From a virus (lineage: Duplodnaviria; Caudoviricetes), in the IMG/VR virus record IMGVR_UViG_3300036827_000021, positions 1 through 53,687 of that record: DNA of 53,687 nucleotides. One strand, written 5' to 3'. Positions 8,301-17,148 of this stretch are shown one piece after another. The position numbers and the translations under genes were made by a program. Each line of letters begins with the position of its first letter. Position 1 is the stretch's first letter. The notes beneath the pieces are model-generated. The model ran no database searches, had not been told where the DNA came from, and worked only from the letters and a program-made list of their open reading frames with translations.

Positions 8301-10330
8301 GGCCAAAGCTTATTCCACGCTGCCTGGATAGGCTTCCATGCACTAGAGAAGTCTTTACCGATATCCTGGAAGACACCCCTGAACTGGTCCCAATGCTTGT
8401 ACACATAGTACGCACCGTAAGCAAGTGCAGCAAGTATAGCTATGATAATGCTGGCCTTAGTTGCAAAGCCTACCATGGTGACTTCTGCTGCACGAAGAGC
8501 ACCTGTGAATACTACCCAGATACCAACAAGTGCAGCAAGCAAGCCACCCAGTAGCAATGTAGCGGCAGCTGCCAAGCCTAGGTACGTGATCCACTTCTGC
8601 ATTGCAGGGTTGAGATGACCGAACGCGCCCATGATCTTGACGAGGACACCGAGCAGCTTCAACTTCAAGGGCAACACATAACTGCCGATGATTGTCTTGG
8701 TAGCCTGCCAACGGTTGTTCATGACTTGAATCTGTGCCTGTGGCGTGTTGGCCATCGTCTTGTAGGCTGCGGCTGTAGCTCCACCAGCATCTTGCATGCT
8801 GGTAGTCATTTGTCCAAGGAGGTTGTTCGTGTCATTCAGTGCGTGGTTCCAGAACCGCATTGCCTGAATCGTACCGCCAGAACCCTTGAGCAACTCCTGC
8901 ATAACCCCGGAACGCTGTTCCTTAGTCATGCCCCTGAAGGCATTCTGCAACTCATGGACAATTTCGACCATGGGCTTCATCTTGCCTTGTGCATCCAACA
9001 AATGGACACTTGTGGTAGCCAAGCCCTTGTTGACCTTTTCAACATTGGCAAGTGCCTGAGAACCGAATGCCTCCTTGAAGACACTGACAGCGACCTTGCC
9101 AAAGTTCTTCATGGACTCGACTGTGTGGAAGTTGGCAATCGAGTCAAGAGCACGTGCTGCAGAAGATGAGGCCATTGCAGCACTGAGACCATTACGGGTC
9201 AGGAACGCAAGCATGCCTGCAAGTGACTCAAGCGACTGCCCTGCACGAATAGCGGAAGGAACAGAACGACCAATCGTGTCAGCAAACTGCTTGTAGGTAC
9301 CAACACCCTTTCTGACCAACTGGAACATGACATCATTGACATGGTTGACGTCTTCTGCACCTAGCTTGTAAGCGTTCATGATACCGATCGTTGCACGACC
9401 AGTATCTTCCATAGGTGCAGCACCTGCAACAGAAGCCCTTGCAATCGAGGCTAGGATCTTCGCAGCGCCCTGTGCTGTGACATTCATGGAGGAGTAAATG
9501 TCATACAGGGAACTTTGCACTTCGTCGAACTGCACAGCATAGGTGCTAGCGACCTGGCGACCAGTGTCAGCAAGACTAGCTAGGCTGACCTTGACCTTAT
9601 CGGTCTGTGTCTCAGTCCTTGCCACCTGAGCGTTATACTCTTGTGCAGCGCTTGCCATCTCGGAAAACGCATGGATCGAGATTGCACCCACTGCAGCAGA
9701 AAGCACACCGCCAGTGATGAAGCTGTAGCCACGAGTCATTCGTGCCGTGGCAGCAGACCTGGCTTCTGCAGCAGCAGCTTCTTGAGCAGCAGCCTGTTCT
9801 CGTAGTGCAGCGACACGTGTAGCAGCTTCGTGAGCTTCTACTCGCTGCAGCTCACGGATAGCAGCAATCTGCTCTTCTGTGCCACGAACCTGTTCACGAT
9901 CGAGGACGATCTCTTCGCGAAGCTCTGCTGCACGCTGAACTGCTGCATCGTGATAGGCAGCACGCTGAGACCGAAGCATAGCAATGGACTCGGTCTGTGA
10001 CCTACCAGTGGCTACTTCTTGTGCGCGAAGCTCTGCAATACGTCGCTGTGCAGCACTTGAGGAGATCCTGTCTTGCTCTCGTACTTGGTTGATCTGCTCC
10101 TGCGTGGTAGCCATATCACGCTGACGTTCACGTCGAGTTGCCTGCAGACCAGCAATCTTGTCTTTGGCTTCGCGGTCGGATGCTTCACGAGCGCGACGAA
10201 TCTGTGCAATCTGTTGCGAGACAATCTCGCGGTCAGTCTGTCCGAGGCGCTGAGCAAAGGATCGGAGGACACCTGTCGCTTCATCGCGCGCACGAAGTAC
10301 AAGGTACAATTCGTGCGAACTGAGCGCCAT
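5396..10330 (-). CDS. Tape measure protein
   Basis: 1644 aa, Ala/Gly-rich and helical, with a TP901-type core, hydrophobic segments and the actinophage-type GGWVRGPGGPTSDDVAAWLSNGEFVV motif. Confidence 0.95.
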   Translation of the reverse strand: MALSSHELYLVLRARDEATGVLRSFAQRLGQTDREIVSQQIAQIRRAREASDREAKDKIAGLQATRRERQRDMATTQEQINQVREQDRISSSAAQRRIAELRAQEVATGRSQTESIAMLRSQRAAYHDAAVQRAAELREEIVLDREQVRGTEEQIAAIRELQRVEAHEAATRVAALREQAAAQEAAAAEARSAATARMTRGYSFITGGVLSAAVGAISIHAFSEMASAAQEYNAQVARTETQTDKVKVSLASLADTGRQVASTYAVQFDEVQSSLYDIYSSMNVTAQGAAKILASIARASVAGAAPMEDTGRATIGIMNAYKLGAEDVNHVNDVMFQLVRKGVGTYKQFADTIGRSVPSAIRAGQSLESLAGMLAFLTRNGLSAAMASSSAARALDSIANFHTVESMKNFGKVAVSVFKEAFGSQALANVEKVNKGLATTSVHLLDAQGKMKPMVEIVHELQNAFRGMTKEQRSGVMQELLKGSGGTIQAMRFWNHALNDTNNLLGQMTTSMQDAGGATAAAYKTMANTPQAQIQVMNNRWQATKTIIGSYVLPLKLKLLGVLVKIMGAFGHLNPAMQKWITYLGLAAAATLLLGGLLAALVGIWVVFTGALRAAEVTMVGFATKASIIIAILAALAYGAYYVYKHWDQFRGVFQDIGKDFSSAWKPIQAAWNKLWPVLIAGAKKIGLAFEELVTDLHSHSGQIGTIFAGIGKFFATLLDLVRVSWPMISTIIANVIRGLIPVINGLLAIFSALGRVWDNMPQDARNVIVAAGLVAFAFRGMITSSSLWTNSIGRATTSIRTSFGSILKSGKALQVGLLSLGIGSIIGNYAGQIGGAKGKIAGALGGAAAGALTGLALGGGPWGAAIGALAGGISGLVTSWGKEDSAADLAKQTAVAALNAQTDAANTLLGALRATNGEYNLTYRNAVVQQLSKKLPGQTASPLQNAITGGINPYYVVGAAQGDPKALAQIKNAYIALQKKYLPYFTKGEKAGQTIPSQYFDQEAALKSLLGQLVQYDPTLKKVEQEWEAEARAMNKTLTPTRLLQQGAKGLRSALQGTGTALESNSNKYIANSQDASRNTATIKEFVDAAYQHSAASIEDGKSVQYATGLYFNQIGALEKTLAQMGFNKQAIYNLISGYNKVPSQVRTYLAQHGVTVAQIMAIVNTYGRIPHSLSTLITVSGVGNALTQLHQLVTYLEALNSGAHIGIDQQTVGGSTSGGRHLAGATGGWVRGPGGPTSDDVAAWLSNGEFVVNARQSKKYGKLLQDINNGRQVKAFARGGAVNFSPPGGRYAYLSSLHPTTAGYTSALNTLRNTMRNTRFPSLVQDLFGTTATLKHAADMMITSAHYVLTSVQGAALRTQESVLTRLSTNYNRLKAQIAAQVQRVQDMEQSRTELSGNVSQAVSGTFDIGSELGSFSDIYGDLSRAKKDADTFKADIAKLKAKGYGPYLISQLYAAGPAAIPTIESLLSASPGQVKAFMASYRGLNADATQIGTAVAANLYNAGIAAANGLILGLRKRESAVVAIMRQIATSMINELKKRLGIASPGKEFMSIGVDNMKGLENGHDKGFSYVRSKLAKHSTTLADLYRVGPDGSAPVGLSTGKTGAGKHVEFHEGAFQITTQEIDPVKHAADLGWEIARRVD

Positions 10331-10339
10331 GTGCCCTCC

Positions 10340-10965
10340 TCACCCTCGTCGCTTGGGTCTTGCCTTGGAGGCCTGCTTCTGTTGGTACGCTTCGTACTTA
10401 TGTATACCGAACAGACCAGCTTCCAAGTATACCATCATGCGTGGGTCCTGATCTAGAATGCCGCCCGCACCTGGAAGCCCACCTACGTCTTTTGCTACAG
10501 ATGCTAGCTCGAGGGCAAATGCAACGTCCTCTTCAAGCTCTCTACCTGTAATAAGGTGTGCCTCCACGCGGGCACCTAGTTTTCCAGATCGTCATCTTCC
10601 TCAAAGTTGTTCATCTCGCTGATCCGCTTCTCGATCTCCTGACCGATTTTCGGGTCGAGCTTGATGATGTCCGACGGGCTGTGAAGGTTGAGTGTCTTGC
10701 CAGTTTCGTCTTCCAGGTTGTGGTCGACAATGCAGACACGAAACTCGAACTGGTTCACCTCGCTGGAACCCATTGCGAGAGAACCCTTCATGCCCTCGTC
10801 CTTCTTGCTGCCCTTCTTGCCAGTACCCATGTCGACATCCATCTTCATGAGTGCACGGCGCTGAAGAACCTGCCCGTAGGACATGGAACGCAGTACCACG
10901 AACCCATCGGGACAGGTCTTCAGATCGAACTTCTCGGTATCACCAGTTGCGACTGCATTAGGCAT
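10340..10965 (-). CDS. Tail assembly chaperone, long form made by -1 programmed frameshift
   Basis: Slippery G-GAA-AAC (10585-10579) lies just before the TAG of 10576-10965. The -1 frame is open into ORF 10340-10567 (LGARVEAHLITG...). Confidence 0.8.
10576..10965 (-). CDS. Tail assembly chaperone, short form
   Basis: Lies between the major tail and tape measure genes and ends at the slippery site. Confidence 0.85.
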   Translation of the reverse strand: MPNAVATGDTEKFDLKTCPDGFVVLRSMSYGQVLQRRALMKMDVDMGTGKKGSKKDEGMKGSLAMGSSEVNQFEFRVCIVDHNLEDETGKTLNLHSPSDIIKLDPKIGQEIEKRISEMNNFEEDDDLEN

Positions 10966-11013
10966 TTCATTCCCCTCTCTGGAATATGCCCGTTGGTGGA
11001 CTATTCAGTTGTG

Positions 11014-11946
11014 TTACGTGATCGACTCGGTCAGGCATAGAACCGTGATCGAGTAGTGCTTGCCTGTGCCATCGATTGCGAGCTGGTACGCGATGCTTGC
11101 TCGCACCTCGTCACCCTGAGCACTCAGACCAACTTCGTACGTGTCCACGATCGCTACAGGTGCAAGGATTGTCACACGGTCGCTTGCACCGTTGGATGCC
11201 AGCAACGTGATCGACTTGGACGTGAGCGCCTTGAACGCGTCGTACTCGGTACGGTCCAGGAAGTCTCGAGCAACGGTCAACGTGCCCTCAGACTCACCGA
11301 ACAGGATGTAGTTCGCAGCAGTAGTCGTGTCGATACGGTACTGCGCGTCCGCGTTGTCGTTCACCTGGAACGAGAATGTATCGGTGTCGAAGATCTGCGA
11401 CGCCGTCGGAATCTGCAGCGAGTACGTACCTGCACCGTACGGAACTGTCGTCGGCCACGTAGGTGTGGGCAGAGTCTGCTCAGCCTCGTCGAGACCCACG
11501 ACACTTGCAGTTGCCATGAGTTCGCCGTCGGTGACCTCGAGTGTCAGCTGACCGACTACACAGCCTACGTAGCCGAACACAATGCCGTTACGAACGACAG
11601 TGATCGACAACGTCTTGCCTGCAACAGCAGCAGACGACGGAGTGAACACGTACGTGTAAGGGCCCGTACCTGTCTTTGCCATCGTGCAGCGCATCGCACG
11701 CAGGAAGTAGATGATCGTGTCCGAAGTCACTTCGAACTGAACATCACCTTCAACGTGCGAGTTGCCAGGCAACGCACCGACCAGACCCGAAGTGTTGCGA
11801 ATCGGCCGTCGATAGGTTGTTGCCTGTGGTCGTGTGAGCGACTCGGACATGATGGGAATGAACTTGGTCGGTGCCAAGTACGTGCCGACTACAGCTTCGA
11901 TCGCCACACCCACAATGCCTGAGGCACCAATGCCTGGACTACTCAT
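11014..11946 (-). CDS. Major tail (tube) protein
   Basis: 310 aa, beta-rich; GIGASGIVGVAIE...GTY.APTKFIP..SESL...GDVQFE, upstream of the chaperones. Confidence 0.85.
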   Translation of the reverse strand: MSSPGIGASGIVGVAIEAVVGTYLAPTKFIPIMSESLTRPQATTYRRPIRNTSGLVGALPGNSHVEGDVQFEVTSDTIIYFLRAMRCTMAKTGTGPYTYVFTPSSAAVAGKTLSITVVRNGIVFGYVGCVVGQLTLEVTDGELMATASVVGLDEAEQTLPTPTWPTTVPYGAGTYSLQIPTASQIFDTDTFSFQVNDNADAQYRIDTTTAANYILFGESEGTLTVARDFLDRTEYDAFKALTSKSITLLASNGASDRVTILAPVAIVDTYEVGLSAQGDEVRASIAYQLAIDGTGKHYSITVLCLTESIT

Positions 11947-12373
11947 CGTCGTTCACCTCCTGCTTGGGCGCGGAAAGAACATTGACCATGTCGGCCTTCT
12001 TCCTGAGTCCAGTCAGCTCATCCGAACGACCAAGCTTTTCAGCATAGTCGCGCAGTTGCTGCATGTTCATGGAATCCAGATCGACAGGCTGACCCGACTT
12101 CGGATCGACTTGTACGACGTCACCTGGACCATGAACCTCTACCGTGTGTGGCGGAATGTCTTCACGTTCCAGCATGAAGTCATCGAGGCCACTGAAGGTC
12201 ACGCCATTGCCATTGCAGAAACCTCCGCGCTGCGCGACGTACACCTCCACACGGCCGTCGTCTTCGATAGGAGTCGTTTCCCCATTGGGAAAGACGCCTA
12301 GCCCGTCTACCACAACAAGACTGCCTGGGTCTTGGTTGGGTAGATCGAGCGTTACGCTCGGTACAGTTGTCAC
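11939..12373 (-). CDS. Hypothetical virion-module protein with C-terminal Rho-N/HeH-like motif
   Basis: DLDSMNMQQLRDYAEKLG...GLRKKADMVNVL. Confidence 0.55.
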   Translation of the reverse strand: MTTVPSVTLDLPNQDPGSLVVVDGLGVFPNGETTPIEDDGRVEVYVAQRGGFCNGNGVTFSGLDDFMLEREDIPPHTVEVHGPGDVVQVDPKSGQPVDLDSMNMQQLRDYAEKLGRSDELTGLRKKADMVNVLSAPKQEVNDDE

Positions 12374-12384
12374 CGGTCTTCCTC

Positions 12385-12846
12385 CTAACCCATCGGCAGT
12401 ATCAGTTGTGACTGGCCAACAACGGTGAGTCGCGCGGTGCGATACACCGATCCTGCAACTTCCTTGAAGCCTGGTTCAACCAGACGAACAAGGGAGTCGA
12501 TCAGCTGCTGGTCGCCATGAACGTCTCGTAGTAATGGATCTGCGTCAATCTGTCCCTCCACCAGCTCACCTACTGCAACGGCCTGTTGCAAGTTCAATTG
12601 AGGACTTTGGATCGTGGTGATGTAGATATAGATGAAGACCGTGAGCTCGATCTTCGACATACGACCTACACCCTTGTACTGCTTCGACTTCGGACCAGGT
12701 TCCACACATGCTACTGGAGTTGTAGGAATCTTATCCTGATCGCCGTAGTACACAGCTTGCAGACCTGTAACGCCAGTACTGGCGGGATCAGTAAGCTTGG
12801 TCTGGAGAGCGAGCGAGTAGCCAGCTGCAGAGGTGAGTAGGCTCAT
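12385..12846 (-). CDS. Tail terminator / head-tail joining protein
   Basis: Position in the neck module; VYYGDQDKIPTTPVACVEP...DPLL. Start placed at the ATG overlapping the upstream stop. Confidence 0.6.
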   Translation of the reverse strand: MSLLTSAAGYSLALQTKLTDPASTGVTGLQAVYYGDQDKIPTTPVACVEPGPKSKQYKGVGRMSKIELTVFIYIYITTIQSPQLNLQQAVAVGELVEGQIDADPLLRDVHGDQQLIDSLVRLVEPGFKEVAGSVYRTARLTVVGQSQLILPMG

Positions 12847-13502
12847 ACCTCCACCCCAAACGCCCTGGTCACTCGCTCGCCCAACCACGTCATGAAGATT
12901 TCGTAGATAGCCAGTTCATCCTCAGGCTGAATCATCAAGAACTGGCGCTGTGGAATTGCTCCAGCATCATCACTGATGCCTTGACGCTTGTAGTAGTTGT
13001 ACTCGGTTGTTGCCTTCTGAACGTTACCCTTGTGCTTCACGAGCAATGCACGCATCGAACCGTTGTACCCTGCCTGATGTACCTTGCCATACCAAGCAGA
13101 GGAAGGGAGGTTGTCAATACGAGCAGTGGTCGTAGTGATCGTCCAGATGTTGACCTGGCTAGCTACCTTTCGGAGCGTTCCAGTACGATTCAGGATCTTC
13201 GTGCCACTGCCTTCCTTGGCACGACGAGTGAGCGTAAACTCCGACAGAGGTTCCCAAGGCGGCCGACCCCCTTCATCGAAATTGCGCCGAATACTCGGAA
13301 CCATCACTTCACGGATTGAACGAAGTAATGGCTCTCGGAAGGATCGAATGTCCATTCCGAGCTTGTCGATGCGAGCCGCAGTAATGCCGAGCGTGGGCTC
13401 GAACTGAACGTCAGGGACAAGAGCAGGAGACAGCGTACTCGTAGTCCGTAATCCGCCACGGACCGAGCTGATGATATCCCTAGAGCCTGGAACGCTAGGC
13501 AT
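12843..13502 (-). CDS. Phage virion morphogenesis protein (Mu gpG-like tail completion)
   Basis: RRNFDEGGRPPWEPLS..TL.RR......KILNRTGTLR...YGKVHQAG...IPQRQFL. Start placed at the TGATG overlap. Confidence 0.8.
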   Translation of the reverse strand: MPSVPGSRDIISSVRGGLRTTSTLSPALVPDVQFEPTLGITAARIDKLGMDIRSFREPLLRSIREVMVPSIRRNFDEGGRPPWEPLSEFTLTRRAKEGSGTKILNRTGTLRKVASQVNIWTITTTTARIDNLPSSAWYGKVHQAGYNGSMRALLVKHKGNVQKATTEYNYYKRQGISDDAGAIPQRQFLMIQPEDELAIYEIFMTWLGERVTRAFGVEV

Positions 13503-13975
13503 CAGAAGCAGTCTCCCATGGAGAACTTCGCAGGGCCGAGGCTTCGATCCAGACAACCTTCGAACGGAGCGTTGTACCTCGGCCACGCCAGCGAAGACAG
13601 ATCGTTCGGGTAGAACAGTGGCGCGTCGGCGTTCAGAGCCGTAGCAGTCGCGTCCGGTAGGACGATCGTGCCTGCAGCAATACCAGACATGAGCTGGTCT
13701 GCCTTAGCCATCAAGAGGACAGCATACGCGCTTACGTCGTCGTCCTCAGAAACGGTACGGTTGATGAACCAGGCTGCGTAGTACATGGCAAGCACCTTAC
13801 GAATGAGACCAGGTGTGCTGCTCTCATCCACCCAGGTAGAAGTCTCGTAAGCGTGGGCAGCTTGCGCAACCACTTGCTCCCACAGAGACTCTTCCAGGTC
13901 AGCGTCAAGGACACTAACACTCAGCTTGACATGGTCAACCCAAGCGTTAGCGTCCTCAACAGCGATGTGCGCCAT
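13502..13975 (-). CDS. Head-to-tail adaptor (Mu gp36/DUF1320-like)
   Basis: Follows the capsid genes; TPGLIRKV.AMY.A...A.QLMSGIAAGTIVL. Confidence 0.65.
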   Translation of the reverse strand: MAHIAVEDANAWVDHVKLSVSVLDADLEESLWEQVVAQAAHAYETSTWVDESSTPGLIRKVLAMYYAAWFINRTVSEDDDVSAYAVLLMAKADQLMSGIAAGTIVLPDATATALNADAPLFYPNDLSSLAWPRYNAPFEGCLDRSLGPAKFSMGDCF

Positions 13976-13977
13976 GG

Positions 13978-14238
13978 TTACTTCGCAGGCTCCTTCTCCG
14001 GCTCAGCCAGCTGTGCTTCGAGCTCTGCGACTCTCGCCTGGAGTGCCTCGAGCTCCTCGTCGCGTTCTACAGCGGACTTCGGTGGTTCGCCAACCGTGCC
14101 CTGCGCGAGCCATTCGGCAACGAGCTCCTTGTCGAACTTGTACTTCGCGATCGGTTCGCCTGCTTCGACGACAGTCCGAACGTTCTTGCCGTCCTTGACC
14201 TCGCCATGGTCGATCACTGTGAGTGCAACCAGTGCCAT
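13978..14238 (-). CDS. Small hypothetical head-module protein with coiled-coil C-terminus
   Basis: SD GGGGTG upstream, tight packing after the capsid gene. Confidence 0.6.
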   Translation of the reverse strand: MALVALTVIDHGEVKDGKNVRTVVEAGEPIAKYKFDKELVAEWLAQGTVGEPPKSAVERDEELEALQARVAELEAQLAEPEKEPAK

Positions 14239-14249
14239 ATCACACCCCC

Positions 14250-15371
14250 TTACGCCACTGCGGACTTGATGAGGTAGCCCGTGACGGACTTGCCGAAGTC
14301 ACCCGAAGTCGAGTTGATCTCGACGCCGACCATCTTGAGGTCGTACCGCCTACGAACACGGATGAGGTCGGACAGACGCTTCTGCTCCGACCAACGGTCG
14401 GTAGCCATCGCCAGCCCACCATTGATGCCCCAGACGAACTCGTACGCAAAGGCAGGAATCTTGAGCCCTGCACGCGGAGGCACCCATGCAAGGATGATGT
14501 CCTTGCCCCACAGGTACGAAGCACTGATCTGGTTGCCGAACGCGCCGACCTGGCCGACACCGATACCGACACCTGGCACGATGACCGAACCCGTCAGACC
14601 GAAGACCGCAGCAATGATCTCGGGCGTCAGGATAGCACGCTCCGAGTACTTGATGCGCTCGATGATGTCCGGGTGGTCTTCGAGAATGGTCATCACCTGG
14701 TACGGAATGACCGCCGTGTTCGGGTCGAAGAACACCTTGGCGTTGATAGCCCGGATGCCCGTCTTGATGACACCGATCGGATCTGAGTTCGAGTAGTCAC
14801 TGAACTGTGACGTACCGGAGAGCGTGATGCTCAAGCCGGATGCGTAGTTGGCAGTGTTGGTCACCATATCGTGCATGGCAACTTCCCTGCCCAGCAGAAT
14901 CTTCGACGTGACGAGCTCGGTACCGTCAGCATCAGGCGAAAAGATGCTGTCAGCGTTGTCGCGCTCTTCCTCGGTCACCGCGATCTGGAGTGCGTGTTCC
15001 TGAGCGTAGTACGTGTCACTCGAAACCGTCAGACCGGGAATCTCGTTCGCCTCGGTGCCAGGTGCGCGGTAGTCGCCCACCTCAGGCAGCCAAGCCTCAC
15101 GACCGAAGACGTAGTACTTGTCGGACTGCTTCTTCACCTTGACGGGTGGGAAGAGGCGTTCAGCGACAAGTCCACCATTCGGGAAGCCAAGGGAGATGTC
15201 CGTCAGGAACTGGTCGTGATGGATGTCGCCCGTGCCCGAAGGTTGGTAGACAGCACCACCAGCAATCGAGAAGACGTACTTGACGTCACCCGACTTGGTG
15301 ATGAAGCTGCCAACCGGAACGTTGGGATCGACGATGTGGTCGCAGATCCATAGTAGTGGCTTGTTAGTCAT
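14250..15371 (-). CDS. Major capsid protein (HK97 fold), with a probable N-terminal leader
   Basis: HHDQFLTDISLGF.N..LVAERLFPPVKVKKQSDKYYVFGRE...RAPGTEANEI...GYLIKSAVA. Strong SD GGAGGAGGTG precedes the ATG at 15371. Confidence 0.9.
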   Translation of the reverse strand: MTNKPLLWICDHIVDPNVPVGSFITKSGDVKYVFSIAGGAVYQPSGTGDIHHDQFLTDISLGFPNGGLVAERLFPPVKVKKQSDKYYVFGREAWLPEVGDYRAPGTEANEIPGLTVSSDTYYAQEHALQIAVTEEERDNADSIFSPDADGTELVTSKILLGREVAMHDMVTNTANYASGLSITLSGTSQFSDYSNSDPIGVIKTGIRAINAKVFFDPNTAVIPYQVMTILEDHPDIIERIKYSERAILTPEIIAAVFGLTGSVIVPGVGIGVGQVGAFGNQISASYLWGKDIILAWVPPRAGLKIPAFAYEFVWGINGGLAMATDRWSEQKRLSDLIRVRRRYDLKMVGVEINSTSGDFGKSVTGYLIKSAVA

Positions 15372-15384
15372 GTCACCTCCTCCG

Positions 15385-15834
15385 TTACCAGGTAGCGCCG
15401 GGAGTGAGCAGTACGTCAACGTACTGTCCCGCGGCAGTTGTGGTGGTCAGCGCAATGCCCACGATCTGCTTGGGCTGAGCACCCGCCGCTGCCTTGGCAA
15501 CGGTGATGACTCGCGCTGTGGTATCTGGCGTGACCCTGTCGAGAGCAGTGACTGCTGCTCCACAGAGCACACGTGTGAGGCCGAAGAGCTCGACACCTAG
15601 AAGTGCCTTGCCTGTACCAAGCTTGACGGTATCCAGAGCTTCCTGAACAACGCCGAACAGGCGAGAAGCATCACCGGCAGCGACAGCAGTAGTGGAACGC
15701 TTGATCGCGTTCGCCACTGAAGTCAGGGACGTGTTCGTGTTGAGTAGAACCTCAACAACCTCGAACTGCGCGTACGCAGTAGCACCAGTGGCCAGGAAGC
15801 CCTTGGAGAGTCCGTAGTTCGGACCAACACCCAT
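15385..15834 (-). CDS. Capsid cement/decoration protein (DUF2190-like)
   Basis: Between protease and capsid genes; FGVVQE...G.TRVLCGAAV.A...IVGIAL...AAGQYVDVLL. Confidence 0.7.
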   Translation of the reverse strand: MGVGPNYGLSKGFLATGATAYAQFEVVEVLLNTNTSLTSVANAIKRSTTAVAAGDASRLFGVVQEALDTVKLGTGKALLGVELFGLTRVLCGAAVTALDRVTPDTTARVITVAKAAAGAQPKQIVGIALTTTTAAGQYVDVLLTPGATW

Positions 15835-15850
15835 GTTAGTTCACCTCCTC

Positions 15851-16558
15851 CTAGCCCTGCGCGATTGCGCCGTCGGCGTCACGAACGTAGGCCTCGCGCT
15901 GGTAGTCACGGTACAGCGCCGGGTCGTCGTTCACGACTTGATTCATGGCCTCGGTGAAGGTCATGGTCTTGTCGGCCTCGCGAAGCTTGGCAACGCGGGC
16001 TGCGAGCTCCTTGTGTGCATCGGAGTCGTTGCCGGCTCCACCGCCACCAGGAATGACCTGCAAGCCACCGCGACGTTCGCCGAGTTCCTTGATGCGCGAC
16101 GTCAGCATGGTCTCGAGCGGCTTGGTGATCATCTCACGCAGCTGCTTGGTCATGCCAGGAGCAACGAGGCTCGAACGCATCTCCTCGAGGTCCGCTGGCG
16201 GAATCGCATAGCCGGCCTTGACTGCCGTCTCGCGAAGCCTGGTGAGCTGTGCATCGACCTCGGCCAGCTGAAGAGTACTGGTCTGCTCCTTGAGCTGCTG
16301 ACCGAGACCCTCCATGTGCTTCATCAGAGGACCCATGGCAGGGTTCTCCTTGAGCTGCTTGACCTGACCCACCGTGAGGCCCTCGATCTCGGACGGATCC
16401 GAATCCTTGGGCTCGTTCTTCGGTGGATCGTTCTTGGGAGGCTCGGAGAACGTCATCTCCTTCTCCTTGGCCAGCAGAGCCTTGTTGACGTCTTCCTCGG
16501 ATGCGTCGGCGGCTAGCCCCAGCTTCTCCGCGAGCATCTTCCGGACTGCTTCATTCAT
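15851..16558 (-). CDS. Nested in-frame scaffolding protein (Mu Z-like internal start)
   Basis: GAAGGAGG 7 nt before the in-frame ATG of MNEAVRKMLAEKLGL; charged helical product. Confidence 0.6.
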   Translation of the reverse strand: MNEAVRKMLAEKLGLAADASEEDVNKALLAKEKEMTFSEPPKNDPPKNEPKDSDPSEIEGLTVGQVKQLKENPAMGPLMKHMEGLGQQLKEQTSTLQLAEVDAQLTRLRETAVKAGYAIPPADLEEMRSSLVAPGMTKQLREMITKPLETMLTSRIKELGERRGGLQVIPGGGGAGNDSDAHKELAARVAKLREADKTMTFTEAMNQVVNDDPALYRDYQREAYVRDADGAIAQG

Positions 16559-17071
16559 TTGCGACCCTCCTTCAGGATGCGCGGGTACTTGGGGTTTGAC
16601 ACTGACTACAACCTCCGATAGATTGATGGGAAGAATGCCCTTCAGGTGCGGACGGTTTGTCAAACCGCCGCCAAACAGGACGTCCTCGAACTTCTGACCA
16701 GTGGTCGTTTGCTCCCACTCGTCCATGAAGTCAGGCGAGAAGTACTTGTACTCACCATCCTTCAAGTGCTGCATGGCCTTGGGAGTCCATTCGACCTGAC
16801 CCCACACGCCATCTGCTCGCGCTTCCGCTTTGGTAAACCAACCTGCAGCAACGGTACCTTCATGGTCATAGTCAATGTTCAACTGCTGACCACGGACGTT
16901 GTTGTTGACGTTGTCTGCAAAGCGCTTGACACGATCAGGAGTGATGTCGATGTCACCGTACGTGGGGTGTGACCAGTGCCCGATTGGGAACAACTGGATC
17001 CAGCTCGTACGGTCGCCTTCATCAAGCTGGATGCTCGAGACATCGACCAGGTACCCTGAATGCTGGTTCAC
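15851..17071 (-). CDS. Mu gpI-like prohead protease with C-terminal scaffold
   Basis: WIQLFPIG.W.H...IDYDHE...AAGWF...GVWGQVEWTPKA...GEYKYFSPDF...GGGLTNRP. Confidence 0.9.
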   Translation of the reverse strand: MNQHSGYLVDVSSIQLDEGDRTSWIQLFPIGHWSHPTYGDIDITPDRVKRFADNVNNNVRGQQLNIDYDHEGTVAAGWFTKAEARADGVWGQVEWTPKAMQHLKDGEYKYFSPDFMDEWEQTTTGQKFEDVLFGGGLTNRPHLKGILPINLSEVVVSVKPQVPAHPEGGSQMNEAVRKMLAEKLGLAADASEEDVNKALLAKEKEMTFSEPPKNDPPKNEPKDSDPSEIEGLTVGQVKQLKENPAMGPLMKHMEGLGQQLKEQTSTLQLAEVDAQLTRLRETAVKAGYAIPPADLEEMRSSLVAPGMTKQLREMITKPLETMLTSRIKELGERRGGLQVIPGGGGAGNDSDAHKELAARVAKLREADKTMTFTEAMNQVVNDDPALYRDYQREAYVRDADGAIAQG

Positions 17072-17109
17072 ATTACCTCCCCTACCTTCCTCAAGTATAT
17101 AGGGAACTG

Positions 17110-17139
17110 TTTACTGACCGGAAAGACTAAGACTATAAT
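17110..17139 (+). promoter_or_regulatory. Sigma-A-like promoter pointing antisense into the late operon
   Basis: TTTACT-N18-TATAAT followed by AGTAACA, the same downstream 7-mer as the promoter at 30526. Confidence 0.5.
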
Positions 17140-17148
17140 AGTAACACA

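Noticed and set aside
15372-15419. Capsid start at 15419 as given in the ORF track
   Set aside because: It overlaps the upstream gene and lacks an SD; the ATG at 15371 has a strong GGAGGAGGTG.
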